Virus record (IMG/VR): IMGVR_UViG_3300024261_000015
Location: 18,711-82,710 of that record
Length of the DNA: 64,000 nt
Strand: one strand, 5' to 3'
Origin: a virus
Below are positions 1 through 10,338 of the stretch, piece by piece. A program made the position numbers and the translations under genes. The notes beneath the pieces were generated by a model that worked only from the letters and a program-made list of their open reading frames with translations, did no database searches and was not told the origin of the DNA. How positions within the stretch are numbered: the first letter of the stretch is position 1; each line of letters starts with the position of its first letter.

Positions 1-1
1 T

Positions 2-628
2 TTGAGGAAGTCTGGTATTGGCACTAAGAGAGGTAAGGAGTTTTGGATTGATGTGGATGGTAAGAGTGTTCCTGTAGTGCCTCTTTACCACCCATTCTCT
101 ATTTACTCAGAGCCTAAACTTAGGACTCTCTTTATACAGGATATAGATAACGCTTATGATAAGTTTATTCTAGGTAAAAATAAACTAGCCAACTCGACTT
201 ATAATCTTCACAACGATGTTGACTCCGCGCTTAAAGCTATGAAGCACGCCTGTACTAAGGATATCGTTTCAATTGATATTGAAACTACAGGGCTGGACTA
301 CAAAAAAGATAAGATTACATCCATTGGTCTTGCTACTGGAGATAGAGAAGCCTTCGTTATCCCAATTTATCATAGAGAGTCCGAACTTTCTGATGATGAT
401 ATCTCACGTGTCCGTGACAGCTTTACGCTGCTTTTGAAGGACCCCTCCATCGGTAAAATCTTTCATAACTGCAAGTTTGATTTAAAGTTCCTTAAAAACT
501 GGGGAGTTCCTACCTTTAACAACATACATGACACTCAAATCATGCACTCTCTCGTAGATGAGAATAAACCTCACGGTCTTATGGATATAGTAAAGGAACA
601 TTGGCCTAGGGAACTTGAAGAGTTTTAA
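2..628 (+). CDS. DNA polymerase A N-terminal part (partial at window edge): end of a UDG-like domain plus 3'-5' exonuclease ExoI/ExoII
   Basis: VPLYHP (UDG family-4-like HP motif); SIDIETTGLD (ExoI); FHNCKFDLKFL (ExoII); HDTQIMHSLVDEN. Confidence 0.85.
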   Translation: MRKSGIGTKRGKEFWIDVDGKSVPVVPLYHPFSIYSEPKLRTLFIQDIDNAYDKFILGKNKLANSTYNLHNDVDSALKAMKHACTKDIVSIDIETTGLDYKKDKITSIGLATGDREAFVIPIYHRESELSDDDISRVRDSFTLLLKDPSIGKIFHNCKFDLKFLKNWGVPTFNNIHDTQIMHSLVDENKPHGLMDIVKEHWPRELEEF

Positions 629-1115
629 AATGATTATGAAAATTGACCCCCAAGGCCGAAAAGCTGCTACGAACGGTGCAAAGTTCGAAGATATAATTGA
701 AGATGCTATAACTCAAGCTCTAGAAATCCCTAGCCGTAAATGGCCTAAAGAAGAGGAGCGGCTTACTACTGATAATGTTCTACTAAAGAACGCACCTTAC
801 GAGAGCATTTACGGTACTAAATGTAGAAGTGAGTTTCTTTTGCGGTACCAGGGACGCGATATACGCATTGAATGTAAGTATCAGCAGTCAGCAGGAAGCG
901 TTGACGAGAAGCTTCCATACTTAATGATGAATTTCACTCAAAAAGTAGATGAGGCAGAGACTATTATAATAACACACGGCGACGGCTTTCGTGACGGGGC
1001 GATTAATTGGCTCCGAGAATCATGCAGAGATACAAAGTGTAAAGTATTCACCCTCCTAGAATTTACCTTATACCTCGAAAACCTACGCAATGCTAACAGT
1101 AGCCAAACAAGCTAA
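615..1115 (+). CDS. PD-(D/E)XK nuclease, restriction-endonuclease-like, lying between the two polymerase halves
   Basis: N-terminal GAKFE helix; RSEFLL...IRIECKYQQSAGSVDEKLPY; IIITHGDGF. Confidence 0.75.
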   Translation: MKSFKMIMKIDPQGRKAATNGAKFEDIIEDAITQALEIPSRKWPKEEERLTTDNVLLKNAPYESIYGTKCRSEFLLRYQGRDIRIECKYQQSAGSVDEKLPYLMMNFTQKVDEAETIIITHGDGFRDGAINWLRESCRDTKCKVFTLLEFTLYLENLRNANSSQTS

Positions 1116-2616
1116 GAAAGACCCAGATTTTTGGGCTAACATGCCCTTAGATGATTTGGCGTTTGGTAACGCCATGGATTGCGATTTTACGCTCAGGGCT
1201 TATCATGTGCTTAAACAGCAGATGAAGGAGAAGGAGGTTCATAAAGTTTATGATAATCTTCTAAAGGACATCCTTGTTATCTTAAGCATGGTTGAGAACT
1301 TTGGTATTAAGGTAGATACTGATTATCTTAAAGTTCTAGATGATACCCTTATTACTGAGTTAGAGGACCTTAAAGCCAAGATTCAAGAGCTATCTCCCGT
1401 AGGGGAAGTAAACCCTAACTCTATACCAGAGATGGGGTCATTATTGTTTACATCCGATGGGTTTGATTTAACTCCTAGTATGTTCTCTGAGAAGACTAGG
1501 ATGCCTCAGATTAGTGACGAGCATTTATCCGAGGTTTTAGCGGCTACTACCAACAAAAAAGCAAAGGAGTTTATTCAAACTCTTCTAAAATATAAGTACC
1601 GTACTAAACAGCATAGAACTTACGTTAAAGGTGTAGAGAAAGCTATTGAGTATAATGAGGATGGTAGAATCTACTCGCAGTATAACTTCGCCACTGTGGT
1701 TACGGGAAGACTGTCTTGCTCCACTTACAATGTAAGCGGTAAAAAGAAGGGAGTATCTTTCCATACACTGCCAAGAGATGTTGAGGGGGATGCTGTTAAT
1801 ATCCGTAAACTTATGGTAGCCGACCCAGGGAAGGCATTTCTCGCCGCAGACTTCTCTCAAGCGGAGCTTCGGGTACTTGCACAATGCTGCGGAGATAAAG
1901 CTCTCATCCAAGCATTCAATTCAGGAAAAGACCTGCACAGGTTTACAGCATCTTTGGTGTTTGGAAAGAATGCCGATGATGTGACCAAGGAGGAGCGTCA
2001 GATTGCAAAGTCCGTTAGCTTCCTTATCGTGTATGGAGGGGGTCCTAACAAGCTCTCTCAGCAGATAGGTAAGAGTGTAGGCTATTGCAAGGGTATTTTT
2101 AAAGCTTATCAGGACTCATTCCCTAAGGTTTTCAAATGGATTACTAGTATTCACAAGTTCATTAAGGAAAACTCTTACGCGGTTAGTATTTTTGGCAGAC
2201 GTAGGCACCTACCTAATATTAAGAGCCCCCTTAAGAAATACCAATATCGCGCCCTTCGGCAAGGTATGAACTTCGTCATTCAAAGTTCTGCCTCGGACCT
2301 TATGCTTCATTCTATCCGCAGATTACACAAGTACAGAGCAGCTACGGGCTTAGATTTTGATATCTTAGCAACAGTACACGACTCAGTAGAGGTACAATGC
2401 GATAAAAAGGATATAGAGAAAGTAGCTACGCTACTCAAAGTGGTCTTACCTATGACTGATGATTTTAAGGGGATGTACGGAATTGATTTCGTAGTACCCT
2501 TTGAAGTAGATGTTGAGGTTGGTACGTCCTTCGGACACTTAATGGAGGCTGAGTTTAGCCCCAAAGGTAAATTACTTAATGCCCCGAAAATTCAATCATT
2601 CTTCCAAGATGCATAG
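1090..2616 (+). CDS. polA: DNA polymerase family A (ExoIII remnant plus polymerase domain)
   Basis: TGRLS; motif A ADFSQAELRVLA; motif B RQIAKSVSFLIVYG; motif C TVHDSV. Confidence 0.95.
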   Translation: MLTVAKQAKKDPDFWANMPLDDLAFGNAMDCDFTLRAYHVLKQQMKEKEVHKVYDNLLKDILVILSMVENFGIKVDTDYLKVLDDTLITELEDLKAKIQELSPVGEVNPNSIPEMGSLLFTSDGFDLTPSMFSEKTRMPQISDEHLSEVLAATTNKKAKEFIQTLLKYKYRTKQHRTYVKGVEKAIEYNEDGRIYSQYNFATVVTGRLSCSTYNVSGKKKGVSFHTLPRDVEGDAVNIRKLMVADPGKAFLAADFSQAELRVLAQCCGDKALIQAFNSGKDLHRFTASLVFGKNADDVTKEERQIAKSVSFLIVYGGGPNKLSQQIGKSVGYCKGIFKAYQDSFPKVFKWITSIHKFIKENSYAVSIFGRRRHLPNIKSPLKKYQYRALRQGMNFVIQSSASDLMLHSIRRLHKYRAATGLDFDILATVHDSVEVQCDKKDIEKVATLLKVVLPMTDDFKGMYGIDFVVPFEVDVEVGTSFGHLMEAEFSPKGKLLNAPKIQSFFQDA

Positions 2617-3622
2617 AACAGTTCTTTTAACTGACCTGCACTTAAGGTCAGACTACATGCCTGGATATCTAGAGTCTCAGATTTCCACCCTTACGAAGCT
2701 CGTAAACAGGAAACCCCCAGACTCAGTTATAATCAATGGCGATATCTTCCATAGAAGGAATCCAAAAGGTGCTGAATTATTAGCTTTTAGACAGTTACTA
2801 GAAGGTCTTCATACTAAAAAAATATACATTAACCGTGGTAATCACGACACCATAGCTAAAGACGGTTCTACGAAAACTACTTTATCCTTGTTTTCTGATA
2901 TTGCAACTGTATTTTCAGAAACTACAACCGTTCGTCTTGATACCGTAGATTTCGATTTCATACCTCATTACGAGGACGAGCGACTCATAGTGCGGGACCT
3001 TAAAGCCAGTACTAATCATGTCTTCGGCCACTTCGGGTTTGACGGTTGTGTTGCTAATGGTTCTTACGAGTATGAGTCTTATATTAAAAGGTCTCATTTC
3101 GGTAAGAAACGTTTGGTTTTCCTAGGTCATATACACAAACCAAAGATTTACGGTAAAAATGTCTATGTGCTTGGGACACAGTATTCAACCTCCTTCGGGG
3201 AGGCTAATGCACAGAAGTACATACACGAACTAATTATTCGAAATGGGGAGGTGGAAGTTATCCGTAAACCTATTGATTTCGGTATTCGACACGTCACCTC
3301 TACGCTGCATTCTATTGAAGCTGACTCACAACGTTACCGCTTCGACTCGTTCTTTACTATTTTACGAGTTAAATTAGATACTCTTGACGCTGCTAGTGAA
3401 AAAGAGTTAACAGAAATTCTACTAAAGAAACATAAAGTAAATCACTTGGAAATTGTCTTTGATGATGTACTTCCGAAGTATGAAGTATCACATATAGATT
3501 ACGATTCGCTGTTGACGGTTGACGATAATATTATCCACGAATACATTGATAATGCAAACACTATTTTCTCCAAGGCTGAGTTACTAGATGCTTTAGAGGA
3601 GATACGAGAATATGAAACTTAA
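2609..3622 (+). CDS. sbcD: Mre11/SbcD-like metallophosphoesterase nuclease (T4 gp47-like)
   Basis: TDLH, NGDIFH, GNHD, GHF and GHIH motifs; adjacent to SbcC-like ATPase. Confidence 0.9.
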   Translation: MHRTVLLTDLHLRSDYMPGYLESQISTLTKLVNRKPPDSVIINGDIFHRRNPKGAELLAFRQLLEGLHTKKIYINRGNHDTIAKDGSTKTTLSLFSDIATVFSETTTVRLDTVDFDFIPHYEDERLIVRDLKASTNHVFGHFGFDGCVANGSYEYESYIKRSHFGKKRLVFLGHIHKPKIYGKNVYVLGTQYSTSFGEANAQKYIHELIIRNGEVEVIRKPIDFGIRHVTSTLHSIEADSQRYRFDSFFTILRVKLDTLDAASEKELTEILLKKHKVNHLEIVFDDVLPKYEVSHIDYDSLLTVDDNIIHEYIDNANTIFSKAELLDALEEIREYET

Positions 3623-5225
3623 TACAATAAAAATAGAAAACTTCTTATCTATTGAAGAAGCAGAGGTAGACTTCGAGGATTTCTCGGAGCTTGTCCGTGT
3701 AGTTGGAGTTAATAACGATACCAAGCCAAAGTCTTCAAATGGTGCTGGGAAGAGTAGCATTATTGAGGCTGTTGCATTTGCTTTATTCGGAAAGACTATC
3801 AGGAAGACTACGGAAAAGAGCCTCGGCAATCTTAATACGAAAGGTAAATGCAGAGTAACCATACGAGTTAACGATAACGTGGTTATTGAGAGGACTAAAA
3901 AGCCTCCCATGCTTAAAGTAATGGTTGACGGCGAGAACTGCACCAAAGAGGGGGTTAGTCAAACTCAAAAATATCTAGAGAGTATCCTTAATACGAATTC
4001 GTCCGTATTTTTAGCCTCGATAGTTTTCGGTCAAGGGAACTCCACCAACTTCCTCACCGCAAGCGCGGAAGAGAAGAGAACCATCATCCAGAACTTTCTA
4101 AGCGTCTCTGAGTTGTTTAAGCAGAGGCAACACATTAAGGCGATAAAATCAAAGAACAATAACGATAAGAAAGTATACAGCACCTTAGTTGATGATGCTA
4201 ACTTTAAATTGGGTGTTATACGTGACCGTAAAAATGACCTTACGAAGATGTGTAAGGAGGCTGATAAATCCCTTACCCCCGAAAAGCTTGCTTTTGTTAA
4301 AAGCCATACCATTTCAGAGATACAAGAGATAGAGCGCAAGAACCATGATTTAGAGGTAGAGTATAACCGTCTACTTTCCAAGAAAAATGAGGTTCGTGGT
4401 ATTGCGGAACGTGCCTTAGCGCGTATTGAAAAATACGAGAACGGTAAATGCGAACATTGTGATAAAGTATCTTTCCATATCTGGGAAATGTTACAAGAAG
4501 ATAAAAAAATCGCTAAGCAATCAGGCGAGGATATGGAGGACATATTACCCTTTGTTCATAAGATAAGGAAGGAGTTGTCAGAAGTCAAACTTCCTATCCA
4601 GCTTGAGGATTTCGACCTTATCGAAAAGGTTAAATCTTTTGAAGCGGAAATTGAAATATTAAAAGGTCAACTCAAGACTCAGAAGCAGATATGTAAAGAG
4701 CATATAGAGGATATGTCTACTGCTCAAAAGCAGTACGACCTTATGAGGTTCTGGGAGACTGCATTCTCAGAACAAGGTTTAGTTAAGTATGTTATCCGTA
4801 ATATCCTTTCATTCTTCAATGAGCGTTCTAATTACTATCTTGGGTTTCTAACTCAAGGTAATTTCTCCATAGAATTTGATGACCTGCTACAAGAAACTAT
4901 CCTCAATAAAAAGAAGACTTCTTATTTCAGTACGTTGTCTGGGGGAGAAAAGAAGAAACTATCCCTTTCCGTCATGCTGGCTCTAAACGACCTCCTTCTC
5001 CTTACAGGAAAGGAAAGGTCCAATGTCGTATTCTTTGACGAAATCGCTGACTCGCTAGATGAGGAGGGTATAAAAGGGTTGTATGAGTTAATACAACAAA
5101 TAACCTTAACTAAAAGATTATTTATTATAACTCATAACGATAATTTGACGTCTCTTATAGAAGACTGGTCGGATATCTTAGAAGTTACTAAGGAGAACCA
5201 CATCTCAAAGGTTAAAAAACTATAA
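3612..5225 (+). CDS. sbcC: Rad50/SbcC-like SMC ATPase (T4 gp46-like)
   Basis: Walker A NGAGKSS; zinc hook CEHC; signature LSGGE; Walker B FFDE; ITH. Confidence 0.93.
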   Translation: MKLNTIKIENFLSIEEAEVDFEDFSELVRVVGVNNDTKPKSSNGAGKSSIIEAVAFALFGKTIRKTTEKSLGNLNTKGKCRVTIRVNDNVVIERTKKPPMLKVMVDGENCTKEGVSQTQKYLESILNTNSSVFLASIVFGQGNSTNFLTASAEEKRTIIQNFLSVSELFKQRQHIKAIKSKNNNDKKVYSTLVDDANFKLGVIRDRKNDLTKMCKEADKSLTPEKLAFVKSHTISEIQEIERKNHDLEVEYNRLLSKKNEVRGIAERALARIEKYENGKCEHCDKVSFHIWEMLQEDKKIAKQSGEDMEDILPFVHKIRKELSEVKLPIQLEDFDLIEKVKSFEAEIEILKGQLKTQKQICKEHIEDMSTAQKQYDLMRFWETAFSEQGLVKYVIRNILSFFNERSNYYLGFLTQGNFSIEFDDLLQETILNKKKTSYFSTLSGGEKKKLSLSVMLALNDLLLLTGKERSNVVFFDEIADSLDEEGIKGLYELIQQITLTKRLFIITHNDNLTSLIEDWSDILEVTKENHISKVKKL

Positions 5226-5719
5226 TGCCTATTTATAACCATATTTGTTTAAACTGTCGTACTGCTACCGAATTAATTATTTCCTTTACTGATTACGCTG
5301 ATATTGAAAAAGAGTTTGGGCGTTCTGAGAGCGGTAATATTAGATTTCCATGCGGTGAGGGTGAGTGTAAGGGGTGGTCTGAAAGAGATTACTCCTTGGG
5401 AGTAGCCAATGTCTCAGTTAAGGGGGGTTACTTGTTCCAAACTAGGTCCTACCGCGCTGATGCGGAGCATGAATGGATGAGGAAAGAAATTGCCGCTGCC
5501 AAAAATAGCATTTTAGGGGGGGAGGAAGAACATTCTGACTATAACTCTCAAAGACCCTATGCAGGGTACACTCTAGATGAGCAAGGGGCTAAAGATATGG
5601 GTTTTAATCGCGTAAGTGATACAGAAGCTAAAGCCCGTGCCGAGGTGTCTAAAAAATCAGTAGGCAAAGAAGTTGAAGGTGTTGAAAAGGCTCGAAAAAG
5701 TACTATAATAGAAGACTAA
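5225..5719 (+). CDS. FmdB-like zinc-ribbon protein
   Basis: MPIYNHICLNC...FPCGEGEC, followed by a VSVKGGY motif. Confidence 0.6.
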   Translation: MPIYNHICLNCRTATELIISFTDYADIEKEFGRSESGNIRFPCGEGECKGWSERDYSLGVANVSVKGGYLFQTRSYRADAEHEWMRKEIAAAKNSILGGEEEHSDYNSQRPYAGYTLDEQGAKDMGFNRVSDTEAKARAEVSKKSVGKEVEGVEKARKSTIIED

Positions 5720-6177
5720 TGATATTTATAAAAATCTTAAACACGTCTAAGAATCCTACTCCTAAGTTTCATACAGAGGGGTCCGCTGGGTTCGATTTAG
5801 CTATAACTGAGGATGCTGTCATACCTACGGGTACCACAAAAATACTAGGTACTGGTATTCATATCATTATCCCTAAAGGGTACGAAGGTCAGTTACGGTT
5901 ACGAAGCTCTATGTGTAAGCGTGGGTGTGTTATACCTAACTCTCCAGGCACCATAGATTCGGATTATCGTGGTGAGGTAAAGATTGCCCTTTCGTGTATT
6001 TCCCCCCCTAATACTACAGTAAAGGCTGGCGAACGTATAGCTCAGCTAGTGCTATCTAAACTGCCTACCGCAATCCTTCAAGAGGTGACGGCCGCTGAGT
6101 TTATAGAGGAAGAGACTTTTAGGGGTTCTGGGGGTTTTGGCAGTACGGGGTCAGGAATTAACATGACGGGACTATAA
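5719..6177 (+). CDS. dut: dUTPase (trimeric)
   Basis: GSAGFDL, RSS, GTIDSDYRGE, RIAQL, RGSGGFGSTG. Confidence 0.96.
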   Translation: MIFIKILNTSKNPTPKFHTEGSAGFDLAITEDAVIPTGTTKILGTGIHIIIPKGYEGQLRLRSSMCKRGCVIPNSPGTIDSDYRGEVKIALSCISPPNTTVKAGERIAQLVLSKLPTAILQEVTAAEFIEEETFRGSGGFGSTGSGINMTGL

Positions 6178-6183
6178 TAGGTC

Positions 6184-7476
6184 GTGGCTTACAAATTTCA
6201 AGATTCAATTCAAAGGGGTATCATTTATCTGGCAAAATCTGACGAGGCTTTCCTCTTGCAGATTATGCCAATGGTCAAGGACGAGTACTTCGAGTTCCCG
6301 TCCCACCAAAAGATGTATACCGTCATCACCAATTTCTTCCTACAATACAAGAAGCTCCCAACGGACGACCAGCTTCTAGAAGAAACCAAGTCTACTTTAA
6401 CCTCTAATGAGTTATTCGGAGATTACCGAGACGAGTTAGGGGCTATTAATGGGCTTGATGAAAAATCTATTGATAACCAGGAGTTCTATCTTGATAAGGT
6501 AGAGGAGTTTGCTAAGGAGCAGGCTGTTAAGGATGCTATTCTTAAATCCGTTGACCACCTAAAGAAAAAGAATTTTGGAGCTATTGAAGAGGAGGTTAGG
6601 AATGCGTTTTCTGTTAATAGAAACGTTGACCTAGGAACCGATTACTTTACCGATGTTAAAGAAAGGTGGGAGCGTCTAAATAATGCCGCTATCGTTCCTA
6701 AGTTCCGTACCCCTTTCGAGAGTATTAACGAGGCTCTTGAGGGCGGTCTTGCACATAAAGAGATGGCTATGGTTGTAGCCCCCCCAGGGGTAGGTAAGTC
6801 CTTGTTCTTGGCAAATCAAGCTGCCCGTTCTGTATTGGATGGGCATAATGTTCTGTACATCTCTCTTGAAATGGCAGAGGATAGAGTTGCTCAAAGATTG
6901 GATAGTATCTTTACGAGAATTCAGCAAAAGGAATTGGCGAATCGTGTAGACGACATTGAAGAACGGTTGGATACTATTTCAAAGCAGTGGGAGGAACGAG
7001 GTCGTCTTGTTATTAAAGAGTTTCCCTGCAAGAGGCTTTCTGTTACTGGACTACGAGCTTACCTCAACCAGTTAAAGAACTATGAAGATTTTACTCCTGA
7101 TGTAATTGTAATGGATTACCTTGAGTTGATGAAGACGGAGAAAGACATGGCGGAGTACGCAGGGCAAGAACGCCTCGCACAAGAACTTCGTGGGTGTGCT
7201 AGTGAGTACGAATGTCTTGTTTGGACTGCAACCCAAACGAATCGAGAAGGTAAAAAGGTCAGCATTATTACAGACTCGGAGCTTGCTGATTCGTATGGAA
7301 AAATCCGAGTTTGCGATTTAGTCTTTTCAATTAACCAAACCGAACAGGAATTCGATGAGGGTCTAGCTAGACTCTACCTTATGAAGTCTCGTAATGGTCG
7401 GGCAAGATTCATTACCCCCATCGCTATTGATTATACTAGACTAGTAATAACCCAAACCACATCAAATGACACCTAA
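6184..7476 (+). CDS. dnaB: DnaB-like replicative helicase (T4 gp41-like)
   Basis: Walker A APPGVGKS; YISLEM; VMDYLELM; TATQTNR; KSRNG. Confidence 0.93.
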   Translation: MAYKFQDSIQRGIIYLAKSDEAFLLQIMPMVKDEYFEFPSHQKMYTVITNFFLQYKKLPTDDQLLEETKSTLTSNELFGDYRDELGAINGLDEKSIDNQEFYLDKVEEFAKEQAVKDAILKSVDHLKKKNFGAIEEEVRNAFSVNRNVDLGTDYFTDVKERWERLNNAAIVPKFRTPFESINEALEGGLAHKEMAMVVAPPGVGKSLFLANQAARSVLDGHNVLYISLEMAEDRVAQRLDSIFTRIQQKELANRVDDIEERLDTISKQWEERGRLVIKEFPCKRLSVTGLRAYLNQLKNYEDFTPDVIVMDYLELMKTEKDMAEYAGQERLAQELRGCASEYECLVWTATQTNREGKKVSIITDSELADSYGKIRVCDLVFSINQTEQEFDEGLARLYLMKSRNGRARFITPIAIDYTRLVITQTTSNDT

Positions 7477-7810
7477 ATTCCCTAAGCTAGAACATCCTAT
7501 GGTTGTTTATACTGGCATCAAAACATTTACTATTAAGCAACAAGGTCTTCTTAAGGATAACCTTTATGGTTGTGTTGATTTCCCTAAATGCCTTCTTACG
7601 ATTGACCCCAATCAATGCCCTGAAGATTACAAAGGAACTCTACTTCATGAAATTTGCCATATAGGTTTTGATTGTTATGGGCTAGGAGATGATGATGAGA
7701 TGCCTACACTAGGTAATGAGTACTTAACAACTGTAACTTCAAATATGATACAGCAATTTGCAGGGTTAAACCCTGAACTATTCACCTTTATTTTTAGTCC
7801 TCATGAATGA
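7466..7810 (+). CDS. small HExxH metallopeptidase-like phage protein
   Basis: LYG...TLLHEICH...NE motif. Confidence 0.55.
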   Translation: MTPKFPKLEHPMVVYTGIKTFTIKQQGLLKDNLYGCVDFPKCLLTIDPNQCPEDYKGTLLHEICHIGFDCYGLGDDDEMPTLGNEYLTTVTSNMIQQFAGLNPELFTFIFSPHE

Positions 7811-8255
7811 TATTCAAACCACGTATCACAGCCTCGAAACTTCGTATTTGGATATAACTAAAAAGTATCTCAATATCAATGAGCATAGCGTAGAGCAGGC
7901 ACTTCTTACTCATACAGGAGTATATGCATTTTTTGGCGCGGTTCTTGCTTACGCCAAACGGGAGATGGAGAACTTTGGGTTTAAGCGTGACCGTGAAGAG
8001 GCTAGGGTTAAAGAGGAAAGACGCCAAGAGTTTATAGGGGAGGGTAAGAAAGCTACCGACAGGGCTTTAGACTCCTACGTTATTACCTGCGAATCAGTAG
8101 CCAAAGCACAGCTTGCCTACCAAGAAGCATCGCACAAGTATTACTTAGCGAAAAACATCCTTAACTCCCTTGACCATCAGAAGGATATGCTAGTCCAAAT
8201 ATCTGCTAATAAACGAGCAGAATCCAAATTAATTGGGGATAATTACACCAGTTAG
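7803..8255 (+). CDS. UvsY-like recombination mediator
   Basis: helical 150-aa protein, KATD...LDSY, C-terminal KDMLVQISANKR; sits between helicase and SSB. Confidence 0.6.
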   Translation: MNDIQTTYHSLETSYLDITKKYLNINEHSVEQALLTHTGVYAFFGAVLAYAKREMENFGFKRDREEARVKEERRQEFIGEGKKATDRALDSYVITCESVAKAQLAYQEASHKYYLAKNILNSLDHQKDMLVQISANKRAESKLIGDNYTS

Positions 8256-8336
8256 ACTATAACAGAATGAAGGGAAAACGCACGCCACTCTGGCTTGTGA
8301 TATCTATTCAAAACTAATTTCAACAATAAAAAAACA

Positions 8337-9086
8337 ATGGTAAACTTAGACGAGCTACGTAAAAAGTACGAACAAATTCAGAAAGCCCAAAGTGGTGGCG
8401 GTAACGATGATTTCCTTAAGAAATTCTTCATGATGGAAGAAGGTACTTCGGTTATTCGTGTTCTCCCTCCTAAAGAAGAGGGTTCTGAATTCTACGCTGA
8501 GACGGCAATTCACCGTATCAACGATAAAAATCATCACTGCCCCCGAGTAAAAGGCGGCGACTGCCCTGTATGTGATTTGTATTTTCGATTGTGGAAGGTG
8601 GAAGGTCCGATGAAGGATGAGGCTCAAGACCTCGCTCGTCAGATTAAGCCCCGCAAACGTTATTACACAAATGTTGTAGACCGCCGAGACGGTAGTGTAA
8701 AGATTCTTTCCATGGGTATGAAGCTCTTCGGTAAGATTCTCGATTGCTTCTTTGATGAGGATTATGGTGATATTACTAGCTTGGAAGAAGGCTGGGATTT
8801 CAAGGTCGTGAAAGATACTCAAGGGCAGTGGCCTAATTACGACAAGTCTGGGCCTAAACCTAAACAGAGCCAAGCAGGTACTAAAAAAGAGGCTTCAGAA
8901 TGGATGGATGAGCTTCATGATATTCATGGCCTTGTAAAGGTTGCTGAGTATGATGACCTTAAGACGATGGCAATGGAACTAGAGACTCTTGTGGCTGGTG
9001 GTCCAAGTGGAAAGGGGACTCCTGAGTCCAAGGATGATGACGACACTGATTTTCTATCCAACCTTAAAAGCCTTAAAGTAGACTAA
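8337..9086 (+). CDS. single-stranded DNA-binding protein (gp32-like)
   Basis: IRVLPP; zinc ligands H..C..CPVC; RYYTNV; G.DF; YDKS; acidic C-terminal tail. Confidence 0.85.
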   Translation: MVNLDELRKKYEQIQKAQSGGGNDDFLKKFFMMEEGTSVIRVLPPKEEGSEFYAETAIHRINDKNHHCPRVKGGDCPVCDLYFRLWKVEGPMKDEAQDLARQIKPRKRYYTNVVDRRDGSVKILSMGMKLFGKILDCFFDEDYGDITSLEEGWDFKVVKDTQGQWPNYDKSGPKPKQSQAGTKKEASEWMDELHDIHGLVKVAEYDDLKTMAMELETLVAGGPSGKGTPESKDDDDTDFLSNLKSLKVD

Positions 9087-9090
9087 AAAT

Positions 9091-10338
9091 ATGAAAAAAG
9101 ACAAGTTGAAGATTTTAGCTTGTCCTGCAAACGAGGGAGGATGCGCGTATTATCGTGTCATCCTCCCTTGTAATAAATTGCAGGAGTTGCACTCTGATGA
9201 GGTTGAAGTCCGTATGGATATGAACCCTCTAGGATGGGATAAAGAAGCTATGCAAGCTAACCAAGATGGTAAGCCTGTTATTTTAAAGGATTGGACTCCT
9301 GAAAATATTGAATGGGCAGACGTAGTTTTCCATCAGAACATTCATAACTTCGGAGGTAATTACACTTTGGAGTTGATGCACCGCGCAGCGCTTGCAGGTA
9401 AGTTAACGCATTACGATAATGATGACTTGCTTACTGATTTGTATGAAGGTCATAGGTTGTTTGGCGCTTATAAAGATAATAAACTCGCAGACCTAACTAA
9501 GCGAATTTATGGTATGGTAGATATTGTATCAGTTACCCAGAGAAAGTTTGCGGAAAGGATAGCTGAGCATGTTGGTCGTGCTTTGGTTATTATTAAAAAC
9601 GCAATCGACTTTAACCTGCCTGCATGGAATGAACTTAAGTTACCCCCGCCTAGAAAGAAGCTAACTAGGATAGGATGGGTTGGAGGTATTCACCATGAAG
9701 AGGATGTTAAGGAGTTCCCTGGAGTAGCAATGGCTGTAAACGCTAGAGCAGGTCCTGAGAATGTACATTGGGGTTGGTATGGTCGTCCTCCTATGCCTGT
9801 CAATAAGGAGACGGGTAAGCCTGAGCCTGACTGGCAACAAGATGTGTGGGATAATTATCAAAATATGTTGAGTCATGGTATTAGACATCACAATTTTCAA
9901 GTGTATGGAGCCCTACCTGCTGAGAATTATGGTAAGATGTACACTAACATTGATATCGCTATAGCCCCCCTTCAAATGAATAACTTCAATGACTCAAAAT
10001 CTGAAATTAAGGTTGCTGAGTGTGGTAGGTATGGCGTACCTCTCGTAGCTTCTAATGTAGGGTGCTATGACGAGACTATCTTTAATGGTCATACAGGGTA
10101 TCTTATTGATTCCGATAACCCTAAAAAGGACTGGGTTAGGTACCTTACCAAATGTATTAAGGACCCTAAACATACACGTGAGATGGGCCAGAACCTTAAA
10201 AAGGTAGTCGATAAGCATTTTGATATCAACAAAAATGTATACGGAAGAATTGAACTTTATAATGAGATTATAAAGGCCAAAGAAGGTACGCTTAAACATA
10301 AACAAGAAGATGCAGGTACAGACGATGGAAACAGTTAG
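9091..10338 (+). CDS. glycosyltransferase, GT-B/GT4-like
   Basis: GGCAYYRV; YDNDDLL; IGWVGG; DIAIAPL..NNFNDSKSEIKVAE. Confidence 0.88.
   Translation: MKKDKLKILACPANEGGCAYYRVILPCNKLQELHSDEVEVRMDMNPLGWDKEAMQANQDGKPVILKDWTPENIEWADVVFHQNIHNFGGNYTLELMHRAALAGKLTHYDNDDLLTDLYEGHRLFGAYKDNKLADLTKRIYGMVDIVSVTQRKFAERIAEHVGRALVIIKNAIDFNLPAWNELKLPPPRKKLTRIGWVGGIHHEEDVKEFPGVAMAVNARAGPENVHWGWYGRPPMPVNKETGKPEPDWQQDVWDNYQNMLSHGIRHHNFQVYGALPAENYGKMYTNIDIAIAPLQMNNFNDSKSEIKVAECGRYGVPLVASNVGCYDETIFNGHTGYLIDSDNPKKDWVRYLTKCIKDPKHTREMGQNLKKVVDKHFDINKNVYGRIELYNEIIKAKEGTLKHKQEDAGTDDGNS

Noticed and set aside
615-1115. Group I intron or intein in the polymerase
   Set aside because: The ORFs overlap at both junctions, leaving no ribozyme sequence; stop codons and frame changes exclude an intein.
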